Assembly: GCA_002104905.1 (NCBI GenBank)
Contig: MCFE01000272.1
Location: forward strand, 1-64,000
Source of the DNA: Basidiobolus meristosporus CBS 931.73
Taxonomy: Eukaryota > Fungi > Basidiobolomycota
Reading direction: 5' to 3'
DNA: 64,000 nucleotides
Part shown: in pieces, positions 52,730 to 64,000 of the stretch
Numbering within the stretch: the first letter of the stretch is position 1
Layout of the letters: every line of letters starts with the position of its first letter
Made by a program: the position numbers and the translations under genes
Notes under the pieces: model-generated
Database searches by the model: none
What the model was told of the DNA's origin: nothing
What the model saw: the letters and a program-made list of their open reading frames with translations, nothing else

Positions 52730-55700
52730 AAGTCATGCTCTGTTTCCATGACCTTGGCAGGAACCCTATGACTTATGCCACTGTTGATTCACTTGTTCCC
52801 ATACATCCTGGTCTTCAGCTGGCACTGCAAGGTCTAGCACCTCATCTGACAGTCTTTGCAATAAATTCTTCCAGTGTTGAAGTATGTGTTTTTGGGGACT
52901 GCTCTTGAAGAAGTGCTGCAGACTCTTGGTGTGCCTATTAAGGTTCAAAATTCCACTGATGGTATTGTGATAACCTTTTGAGTTCTTAATACTGTTACTT
53001 TGCCTGTCAGTGGGATCTCTGCTCTGTCAACAATGGAGGATGTGGATGCTGTGGTAGACAAATTGCCTTGCTCTGCAAACTCATCTACCTCACTGTAGTG
53101 TAGCTCAATTGGCTGCATTTCCAACTCTTGTGACAACAGCTGTTTTCTTGCTTGTAATTCTACTTGGCTATGATGGGATTTGGTCTGTTCTGGGCTAATG
53201 GTGTTTATTGGCAAGCACTGCAGCTTTTTCTCACACTACCCTGTCCCTGGCTTTGGTAGACTTTTTCCCTTTACCATTTCCTTTATCACTGCCAGGCCCT
53301 TCACTACCATTTTGACTGAGTACCTCTTGAGTAGAACCACATTTTTTCCCTGGTAAATGTTGTGCAGGTACATCTGTGTCTTCCTGCTTTTCCCTTATTG
53401 GTACTCTTCCAGCTACCTGATATCTCTTTGATGCTTACTTGGAGCTTTTTGCCCTGCTTGTGATGGGCTCTTGAGGAAGCCTCTTTTTTTAGCTGTTGCA
53501 CCCTTGTTCCTGTGCCTTTGATAGTTTCTGATATTCTTGAGATACTCTCTTAGCATACTAATGCTGGCCCAGAATTTGCTTGCTAGTTTGAATCCAGGAT
53601 AATGCCCATGGAGCAAATTAGATACATTCTGATTGGCCTTGAGTTCCCAATGGTCCCATTGTATGCCAGCCTTAAGGTGTTGGCATGCAGACTCCTATAT
53701 TTGGACATTTGCCAGTCACTACTGTACCAGTAATATCTTGCCAGCTGCAAAATACTTTTATAACAGCACCCAGCTGTACTTGTTACCTTGCGCAAACTGA
53801 GTCAGGTGAGTTTGTGATGCCTTCAGGCTCATCCCAGCCTCCTAAATATAGCACACATAGGGATAGCTCTGAAGAAGCAGGCTCACTGATGGATTATGAT
53901 CCTATTTCCCCTGACAACAGTACCCTACATGAGCTTGGCAAAGTCCCATTAAGCAATGAGACAGCACCCATGGAAAAAAAAGCTAAGTATACTTTATGGA
54001 GTCAAGTGAGCCCAGAAATCCATCCACTGGTGAATGATGTAATGTTGTGGCTAGAGAAGTGGCACATTCCACAAATATCAGAAATGGGGGCTCTGAGGAC
54101 TCAATAGTACCTCTTGCCAAAATCATCCCAGGATGCAACTTACCATGTACATGGTAAAAATGGACAACCATCATGCAGCTGGCAGCATATGACCCAGAGA
54201 CTGTCCTGATACCAGCATGTGTTGATAGTTGCATGGGATACACATCAGAAAATGCCACCATTACAAGGTGACCTACTTGTCAGGGATCCACCACCATTGG
54301 GGGAGTACATTGTTCATACCCTGGATATATTTGGGTAATACCCCATATGAAGAATCCTGTGCAGTCTAACAAATATTGTGAAGCTATAAAGTACTGCACT
54401 CAGTATTAATTAAGTGTAAACATATCCAATATATTTGATGGCAAATATTACAAACTGCTGGGAAGCAAGGGCTACTTTGAAGGAATGTATGACCATGCCT
54501 TTGCCTTGGTACTTGATGGATTCTCATTAAGCAAGTACTCTACCTGCAAATCTTGCTGGCCGTTGATTCTCTTCAACCTGAATCTGCTGCTCATCTTATG
54601 GTATCAGAGCAGAAATCTGATGGTAGTCTCACTGATATCTGGGCTTAAATGAGCATCCAACCTGGATAGCTACTTACATCCATTGCTGGATAAATTTTGT
54701 TTGCTTTCCCACTGGATAACAGTAAATGGCCATCATGTCCATGTGCATAATATTATGTGCATTGGAGATGCCCTAGCCATCAGCAAGATAGCTGGATTTT
54801 CTAGGCACAGTGGATGGTATTGCTGTCAAATGTGTGAGATCCAGGGGATTTACTACATAATTCACACACATTATTGTTACCATGACACCAACACTAAGAA
54901 CAGCATCTTCCTGCAGAGAGAACATACAGAAATCAGCATGCAATTGCAGCACAGTTAGCAAGCCATAAGCCATTGGCCAGAATATGGTATTAATTGGAAA
55001 CCAGAGATACTTATGATAGAGAGAATCTGTTGGAGCAAAAGCTTTCCACTGGCGGTGTGGTGGTGTATAGGTCCAAGGGAGAGATACACCCAACACTTCT
55101 CAGGTGTTTTATGTGTGGGGTGCTCACCAAGTGCAATAACCTCTGGCAAAAGCTTGCTAGGAATACTTGGGTTTTGTCTCTAATCTAATGTGATGGGGAA
55201 TAAAGCCACAAGCTTGTCATGGGAAAACTAATGAGCTACAATCCCCAACTTAGTTGGCATCTTAACAAAAGTATGTGCTGGGTTCAGCATCTTTTGAGAT
55301 GACAATGTACTAAAGCTTCCAAAGTCAAAACAGCTGTAAACTCCACCAGCAGGGACTTGATAAGAATGCAGCTGTGGTCAATAGTTACAAAGACAGAAAA
55401 GTATCTTTGCCTGTACAAGAACAAACTTGGGAAAGAATCAAGAATAATAAAAGGTACCTAATCTGAGTATTCCTCACAAGTAGTGCCTTCAAGGTCAGTT
55501 GGCTGTCAGTGTGGTTTCCTGGGAGTGTCCTGTGGTCTAGGGTTGGAAGTTCAGGTAGCAGTAGGTAGCAGTGATCACACTAATCAACAAGTTGGTATAT
55601 TGATAAAAGGGATGATGATTTATTGTTGAGGGATAGCCTCCCTTATATTCTTTTCTTACTGGCCATGTGATTACTAATCATGGTGGTCCAGAAGGTTCCA

Positions 55701-57802
55701 GATATCAATAGAAATCTTAACAACATCAGAATGACCTAAGAATGTTCCAAGTAGGTGCCGGATGGTTCTAAGAGGCACAGCACATCCAACCAATCAGGAA
55801 TCAGTATTTTGAAACCTGTGTAACATAGGGATACCATATATGGTTTGGAAATGGTAGAGATGGTGACATGGGTTGATCATGTGTCACGGGTACTGGCGTG
55901 GGTACTTGCCTAATATAGAAGCACTTATAGCTAGTAATCTTACATAAAGTGCAGGATAACCTATTCAATAAGGTAAGCAGGTGTGATAGTCAACCGGCTT
56001 ATGGGATAGTACTGATTGGGTAAGACAAATGGGATAAAACTAAAATCAGTGTAGTAGAGATATAGGGAAGTAGAAAATAAGGGAATGAGCACATCTGTCT
56101 GTGGGTGTCACTGTCACCCCACCACAGTGGCAATGCATTTGCTTTTCAACAATATCCCAATAATGATGACCAAGTGGTACATGAGGCATTTCAAGCTAAA
56201 TGAGCCCTTTGAAATACCAGAGAAATTTGAAAGTATTGGAACAATATTACAGATTATCTATTACCCTAAGTACTTTTCATGGTCCCCAATTAATATTCAT
56301 ACACATATGCAACAATACAAGTGCAAGGACTGGATGAACTGGATATTTACTTGTTCAGGTGACCTTCTGAAGCCTTTCTACCAAGAGTTGATTGGAAGCA
56401 TTGGGAGTCATATGTGGACATTGTAGGCATATTCATCCAGATGCTGATCACCAAAGCCAACTTGATGCATCTACAGCTTTTGTGCAAAGAGTTTGTGATG
56501 GGATTTGAGCAGCTGTACAACAAGTACAAAGCTGAACATGTAGATCTCTGCCACTACTATATCCATTTGATACTTCATCTTGCTTGGTGTGTTGCAAATA
56601 TGGGGCCTTGCCTCACCTTCTGGGAGTTTGCTATGGAGTGGATGTGTGAAGAGATAGGAAGACAAGTCAAGTTGCATGTACTACTATTTCCCAATCTCAT
56701 CAAGAATATTACCTTCAAGTCCATCATGGCTGTGGCAAGTTGCCACATGGAGGACAGTCAGGAAGAGTTAGAAAATTCTGAGGACATATGTGCACATGGA
56801 GACACCTATGCCTATGGCATTAAGAAGCAAAGCAGCCCCAATGTGTGGGGAATCAGTTAAGTAATGCAAAGTTGGGTTGGGTGAAACAAGCAAATCATTA
56901 CATTAGGAAAACTCTACTAAGGTAAGCCAGATATCTCTTGGTTACAAACCAATTTCTAGAGCATTTGTAGCGGAATTTGCACAAACAAGCGCCCAAATGC
57001 ACCTATAAGGAGGCCTAGAATCCAGCAGGGAGAAGGAATATATTGGCTAAATACCAAACAGTCCTTTGCAGATATTCAGGAGGTATTCATGGCAGAGGTG
57101 GTGGCAGCCAAGCATATGTTTGCAACATGTATATGTTACCAGCAATACAAGGTATATGGCTACTTCGCAAGTATCATACTAAAAAGCAGTAAAGTTGATG
57201 TCATCAAAGTATGTCAATTGCAACAGGTGTGCGCATCTGTAGTTGTTAGTAAGCTGGAGGCCATAGTATTTTTTGATTCAGACTATAAGTGGAATACCCA
57301 TGGTAGTAGTGGGTAAGCAAACAAAGAGGGGTGATTCTACAGTGAAATACATCAATTGCACATGGGGATGTAGACAAAGGAAATATCATTTGGTAAATTG
57401 GTATGGTAGCATTATACAGCACTAGCTGTAGGCCACCATACTGCCACAATAATGCATCAAAGTCTTGCAATGAGGCCATCAAAACACTGTCAAATTTTTT
57501 CCAGATAAGGCAATTGGAAGTACTGGCCAGTTAGATCTACTCAAATTGTTGTAGGATGCACTAAGACTGTTACAATACCATCCCACCCTTTGCAAAACAC
57601 CATACACACATTGTACAAGCACCATTATGTTTTTCAACATTATTTGGCTGTAAATTTAGGCAAATGCTGCTATGATTCCATCTTAAGATTTTGTAGATAG
57701 TCATCAATTCCAAGCTGCTGGTATTTTAGAGGTCTCCTGATGAGATCTTAATGGCTGATCCTCATTGGATCCACCTGCAGGACCAAATTATTTTTCATAG
57801 GG
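52730..57802. mobile_element. CMC element in reverse orientation (ORF2 -, transposase +), internally deleted, terminus TTCATAGGG at 57802
   Basis: CIGDALAISKIAGFSRHSGWYCCQMCEIQG, MHLLFNNI, HLILHLAWCVANMGP motifs. Confidence 0.85.
55056..56126 (-). repeat. Complete solo LTR-A (1071 bp), TSD GCGG/GTGG
   Basis: GCGG at 55052-55055, GTGG at 56127-56130; the transposase resumes at the correct length. Confidence 0.95.
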
Positions 57803-58065
57803 GCTGCTGTGCCGCTGTTATAATGCCAACATACTTCAGCATCAAAGCTGTTCAAATACCATCATGTTTTTCCATATATAGCATTTGCATGTGCTGGCCT
57901 GTTGGGTCTGCTGGAATAAGTGTAGGCCACAATAATATGTCAGAATGGCAATCAAATCCTGTCTAAAGACCACCTAAACACCATCAAGCTTGCTTACCAA
58001 TTAAGCAGTAGAATTAGCAAGACACCATCTTAGTCCCATTGTAATATTGTAAAGAGGCTCAATTA

Positions 58066-61000
58066 TGTTGTAAAAGTCTTGAAGATATTGGCAGTGATTG
58101 AGAGAACAAGTAGATTATATAGTTTTCACTTAATGATTTAATGAATGTAAAAGTAGTATTTATACTTCTACATAGTTTTGGAAAATCAAGCACAAAGAAT
58201 AGGTGTAGGAAGGTCCCAAGAATGTGTGCAAAGTTTGGGGCTGTATGGACAACTTTGGGAATTTTCATGTTTTGGGTACCTGATATTTTGGTGAAAGTAT
58301 TTTAACTAAATCCCAACAAGGATTTTGGTGAGTATTCTCTAGGATTTGAAGGTAATGTTCTAAGTGACCAATTCAGGTGATTATCTAGGTGAAATTATGA
58401 ATTTTTACAACACTCCCACTTGGCTAAATGTTTGTACTGACTAGTCCTAATTAGACCTCAGATATTCAAACCTGTCTCTAGGTGATGGTTTGGTGAATAT
58501 GTCTACAATTATCTCATTTGTAGGATAGTAAGCCATGTTGACTAAGTTGCTTGCTATAGCTTCATGTATGAAATGAGGTCTGATATCTCTGTGCTTAGTT
58601 CCAGCATGAAAAGTTGGATCTCTACCTAATTGATTCATCCTTGATAATTGTCAAATAAAGTGACAGGCATTCTTTGGTACAAGCCTAATTCTTTAATAAG
58701 CTTCCTTTACCACATTACTTCTTTGTGGCATCACAGGCTGTCATATACACTGCCTCTGAGGTGGAAAGTGCCACAGTAGGTTGCTTTCTTGAGTTCCATG
58801 AGATTGTTCCATTACAGTAAAGAACAGTGTATCCTGTGGTGGAACTCCTGTCTTCTAAATTTTGTCCCCAATTAGCATCAGAGTACTCCTCAAGATCCTG
58901 CTCTGGATCCTTATAAGTGTATCTTAAGCAGATATCAGCAGCTCTGTTTAGGTATCTAAATATCTGCTTAAGTGCTGCAATGTGATCAGATCCATAGCTC
59001 TTATTATGCTGGCTGACAGCTCCCATTGAGTGCAAGATATCTGGATGTGTTCTAAGCTGGATATACATCAGACTGCTGACCATAGATTGATTAGGAAAGT
59101 CTGGACTTTCAGATGGCACCAAGCTTTCTTGATTTGGTAGAACTTTGACCAAGTTAAGGTTTATTTCCATTGGGGTAGCTGCCAGTTTACAGTCTTCCAT
59201 TTGGTACTTCTTTAGTAGATCTTGAATATACTTGGATTGGCTTAGGGTGATATTCAGGGTACTTCTATCCATGGAAACCTTATCCCAAAGTAGTAATTGA
59301 GTTCTCTTGGATCAGACATGGTGAAATCTTTAGATAGGCTGGAATTAGTCTCTTCCAATGATTCTGGGTTATTGGTGGCCATATTGATATCATCCAGAAA
59401 TAGAGCTAACAGAACTGGATTTACTCTAGCTGGCTTGTAGTAACTACTACTATAGCACTACTCCTTTTGAAACTTGCAGATTTCAAGAAAGAATCTATTT
59501 TTCAAATCCAGGCCCTTAGTGTTTGTTTGAGTCCATATAGAGACTTTTTAAGCTTGCAGACCAAGTGGGGGTTATCTTGGTCAACAAACCCATCAGGCTG
59601 GTATATATTCACATCCTCATCAAGTTCTCCATTCAAAAATACAGCTTTTACATCCATTTGATGTTTAACAAACTTATATTTGGCTGCAATAGACAAGATC
59701 AATCTAACAGAATTAAGCCTGGCTACTGGTGCAAAGGTCTCAGTATAGTCAAGTCCTTTTGTTTGAGAGTATCCTTTGGCCACAAGTCTTGCTTTATATA
59801 TTTTGATTGTACCATTGGCCATGTTTTTGCCTTAAAGACCCATCCACTTCCAATTAATTTTCGATTGATTGTTAATTTGACTAAGTCCCAGTTTGATTTT
59901 CCATTAAGGCCTGATACTCCTCAGTCATTGCACATCTCTAAAGCATTGTCTGAGTGCTATTTAGTGCCTCTTTTACAGTCTGGGGCTCATCAATATGGAC
60001 TGAATAAGCATTGGATATGTTTGTACCCTCATTGATATAGTAATTTGGGCTATTTCATGTCTGGTTGGATCTTCTGGCAATTGATAAAGGAATGATCACT
60101 TCTGGGATATTCCTGGGCACTGATTCAGGCTGAACCACAGTTGTTGAGCTCTCTGTAGTGAAAAACCTCTAACTGCTTTGCTCTGATTTACTCCTGACAA
60201 TTGGTGAACTTAAGATCAGATTTTTGTCATCATCCAATAAATATTTTGTGAAAATTCTGAATTTTCATCAAACAGCCAGTCCCTGGACTTCATCAGCTTC
60301 TTTGCTTTGGTATTGTAGAGTATGTATGCTTTACTCTCATTGCATTAGCTCAAAAATATGTATTTTACACTTTTTTGTCTCAAATATTCATTGATTTCCA
60401 GGCTTTTTCTTGGCATATGCTGTGGACACAAATTTTCTTCAATATGCCTCACTTTGTTTGTATTCATACCATGCTTCAAATGGAGTGGAATCATAAAGTA
60501 TTCTGTTATAACTTCTATTATTAAGGTACACAGCTGTGGCAACTGATTCCACCCAAAAACCATAGGATAATGATTGATCATGGATTATAGATCTTGCCAT
60601 ATCAGTTATTGATCTATTTGCACATTCTGCTACTCTGTTTTACTTTAGGGAATATGGTGCAGTAGTCTCTTGTATTATTCACAAATTTTGCAGAAGTGGA
60701 TGAAGAGTTTTGCAGTATATTCTCCACCATTGTCAGAGCACATTTTCTTGACTTTTTTCCACCTGTTTCTCTCTCCACCATGGCTTTAAACTTCCTGAAC
60801 TTAGACTGAGCTTCTGCCTTTCTCCTCATGAAGTAGTCCCACTGTTGTATCCAAGAGAAACGTGTAATAAAACTCTTGAATGAGTTAACTGAGCCTAAGT
60901 GACAAGTAAGTGCAGAATCTTAGAATTGTCAAGAGTGCCAGAAATATTAGCAGAGAGGTTCTGGTCTAATACTGGTCTTATATATGGCTGAGTTGGGCTA

Positions 61001-63417
61001 TAAAGAAAACAGAGTAGGTCTGCTATGCAGGTTAGGCTTGGTGCTCTTGAGAATGCTAGATATGCTAAGCTTGGGTAGAAACTAGAATGGATTTGTTGAA
61101 TTCTTAATTTCATTGTGACACACACTAAACCAAAAGGTTCAGTAAACTTTATTTATACTTTCCTGATTGAGTTGCATTAGTAAGCAGCAAGAGACTGGAC
61201 TAATTGAAATCTGTTGGGGTGTTGATAGGTGCATAAGATAAATGAAAAGTTGTATCATTAATCAGCTGATGTCTTGGCAACTGCTGAGTGGTTGGATAAA
61301 TCTCAGATGACTAATCACTTGGAAAGGCTTAGCAGATCTGTTGAGGATGTAATGACCACATGAAAATTGATCAGGTGTGACAGCTAAAAATAGATTCTGA
61401 GAAGTGATAAAATAAACCATAACAGGGATTAGTTATGTTTATGTTAGGGAAAATCAATAAGGGTACTAGATTTTCTAACAGAGTGAAATTGGCCAAGTTT
61501 TAAATGTTGATGCACAACACCCACATGTATTGTATATATATTAATCAATAAAAGTGATTAAATAATTCATCTTGCTTGAGGTTAAATTCTGCATAGGTCT
61601 ACACATATCTGAGTGAATTAGGTCTAATTTTTTAGTTTTGACTAACCAGAGCTCTTGAATGGTTGCCTGGCTTGCTTTCCACAGATACAGGCTTCACAGT
61701 GCTCCTGATCAGCTGGGGGATCAATTTTTACTCCAGAAATTAGCTGATCTATGATATTGTGTGGAAATAAGCAAAATTGATGTGTTCAAATCTCCTGTAT
61801 CATAGCAATGGTGTTTCTTCATTCAAGTTACTTATTTTGGCTTCTTGATATGATGGAATATTAGTCAACTTATACAGATTCTGATCCCTGGTACCCAAAT
61901 CACTATGAGCACCATTTTGAATGGTGAACCTGCATCCAGGATTGTCAAAGCTGAAACTGAGTCCTTCTGCTGTGGCCTTGCTTACAGATAGTAGGTTCTT
62001 GGCTATTTCTGGTACATAGAGTATTTCCTTAAAGGTCAGTGCAGGGCTTCCTTCACTGCTTCTAAGGTTTACTTGGATACTTCCTTCTCCCACTGCATCA
62101 ACAGTTCTATTGTCACCCATGAAAACCTTCTCAATTGGGATTTATTTATATTGGGTAAAAGTTCTTTTTGGTGTGTGAGGTGTTCAGATGCTCCAGAGTC
62201 AATATATCATGTCTGCAAATCACTGTTTGTGGTCATATTTAGTGCAGATATGAATAGTCTATCTTCAGTTGTTGCAGCATTTCCATATTCAGGCTTTTTC
62301 TGCTGATTATCTCTCTTTTTGAAGCACCAGTCTGATGTATGTCCTTTGCTTTTGCAGTAGTTGCCAAACAGGTTGCTATTGCCTTTAAAAGGTCTTGGGA
62401 ATCTCCTTTGTAGGTTATTATTGCTGATTAAAACATTTTCTTCTTTCTTCCTATTGGTGCTTGATTTTCTTAATTCTTCATCCAGGGGCCTTCCATATAT
62501 GTGATTTAAGGTCAAATCTTGAGTTCTGGACTCCAGGGTTGATACAAGGCCCTGAAACTTGTCTTTCAGGCTATTCAGGATGGTAACTGTCGCATCATCA
62601 TAAGTAGCTGGTATGCTGCAGATTCCATCTCATCCACAAGCAGGCTAATTTTGCTTATTAGATTTTTCATTTCTTCTCCTGGCAGCATCTTTGTAGTAGA
62701 GAATTTTTGTCTAAGATACATCTTCTTGGTATCTGAACATGACTGGTAGGTGTATTCAAATGCCTTCCAGGCATTCTTTGCTGTTTTTGCTCTTGAGCAT
62801 TGAATTAGTAATCTGTCTTTGACATTAAGGCAAATGCAGTTAAAGGCACATTGTTCTTTCTTCTGGTACTTTAAGGATTCCTCTTCCACATGTTGAGGAG
62901 GGCATTCTTCTCCCAAGACAATATCCCAAAGACCTCATTCTCACAGCAGCATCTTCATCTTCACCTTTCACACTTAGTAGTTAGTTCCATACAGCTATTC
63001 AGCAGAGGGAAAAATTCCAGTAATATCAGTGATAGAAACTGCAGAGAGTGACATATTGGGGCTCATCACCTGTTGTAAGAGTCTTGGAGATATTGGAAGT
63101 GATTGGGAGAACAAGTAGATTATATAGTTTTCACTTAATGATTTATTGAATGTAAAAGTAGTATTTACACTTTTACATAGTCTTGTCTAACAAACACATA
63201 GAGTAGGTTTAGAAAGATTCCAAGAGCATGTGTGCAAAGTTTGGGGCTTTTTGGGCAATTCTGAGAATTCTCATGTATAGGGTACCTGATATTTTGGTGA
63301 AAATATTCCAAGTAAATCCCAACAAGGAATTGGGTAGTATTCTCTAGGATTTGTAGGTAATGATCCAAGTGACTAAGTTAGGTGAACATTTAGGTGGAAT
63401 TACAAATTTTTACAACA
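58066..63417 (-). mobile_element. gag-pol: Full-length decayed Copia C1: 5' LTR 63071-63417, PBS GGTGATGAGCCC, gag-pro-int-RT-RH, PPT, 3' LTR 58066-58412
   Basis: Paired LTRs TGTTG...CAACA; [37 protein letters not shown] motifs; flanks AATTA/GATCA are consistent with a decayed 5-bp TSD. Confidence 0.93.
60843..61519 (-). repeat. Solo LTR of the chromovirus (677 bp) inserted in the C1 integrase, TSD CCCAC
   Basis: CCCAC at 60838-60842 and 61520-61524; reverse complement of 605-1301. Confidence 0.96.
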
Positions 63418-64000
63418 GATCAATCCAAGCTGTCAGCATTATGATGGCCTCATTGCAGGATCTTGATGGCTAATCTAGATTAGATCCACTTGAGGGACCA
63501 TATTATTTTTCCTACGGTATATGAATATTTAGTTGTGTGGGCATGTTGTGAATTTTGTACTTACTACCAAGTATTCACCTAACTAAGTCACTTAGATTAT
63601 AGCTCACAAATCTTGGCAAATTCCACCTAACTTCTTGGTCAGGATTTACTTGGAATATTTTCACCAGAGCATCCAGTACCCAGAACATGAAATATCTCAA
63701 AGTCAATAACTCATTAGGTGAAAGCCACATTATATACTTGTACTCCCAATCACTTCCAGCATCTCCAAAACTCTTACAATGCTTTCTTCTAGTACCTTAA
63801 GCTCATTCTCTTACACTTTTAGGAGGATATTCTTTGCTTTCAGCAATATCCCAAAGGCCTCTTTCCCAGAGCTTCCTCTTTATCTTTGCTGAGAAGTATC
63901 ATGGATCTTATCACCAATTCTGTAAGGCAGAGGGGAAAGCTCCAGTAACAACAGTTTTGGACATCCCAGAGAGTGATAGCCTGGAACTTGTAGCCTGTGG
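63418..64000. mobile_element. CMC terminal remnant (~63418-63520), degenerate C1 LTR (~63545-63780, +) and C1 gag start (~63785-64000, -)
   Basis: Similarity to 57700-57802, to C1 LTRs and to 62850-63075. Confidence 0.65.

Noticed and set aside
58061-63422. Exact TSD for the full-length C1 Copia
   Set aside because: AATTA and GATCA differ by two transitions. They are compatible with a decayed TSD but are not claimed as proven.
1-64000. Host genes, tRNA/rRNA genes, CRISPR arrays or prokaryotic defence systems
   Set aside because: Every sizeable ORF maps to a transposon family, there is no regularly spaced repeat-spacer array, and all elements are eukaryotic types.
1-64000. Classical CpA-directed ascomycete RIP
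   Set aside because: Some CAG/CAA-to-stop changes exist, but CA/TG dinucleotides remain abundant and the clear bias is at CpG. This cannot be supported without a context count.

Overview
Eukaryotic repeat graveyard, most plausibly from a fungus with a repeat-inflated genome (inference from the transposon families present). I found no host gene, RNA gene or CRISPR array, and nearly the whole window resolves into nested, decayed transposons. These are three Ty3/Gypsy families (a chromovirus; family A with 1071-bp LTRs; family B with ~369-bp LTRs), two Ty1/Copia families (C1, C3), many copies of a two-gene CMC/EnSpm (CACTA-like, tnp2) DNA transposon with CCCTA termini, and a two-gene PHIS (Harbinger-like, Pangu-type) DNA transposon. 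Many boundaries are fixed to the base by target-site duplications (TSDs). CpG is strongly depleted throughout. The most unusual object is a mobile 734-bp near-perfect palindrome (347-bp arms, 40-bp spacer) present twice. It shares termini and a 3-bp ANT-type TSD with the Pangu-like element, and its two arms have evolved in concert. Coordinates, identities and counts were read by eye. The ORF track uses non-ATG starts, and most of its short ORFs are pseudogene fragments.
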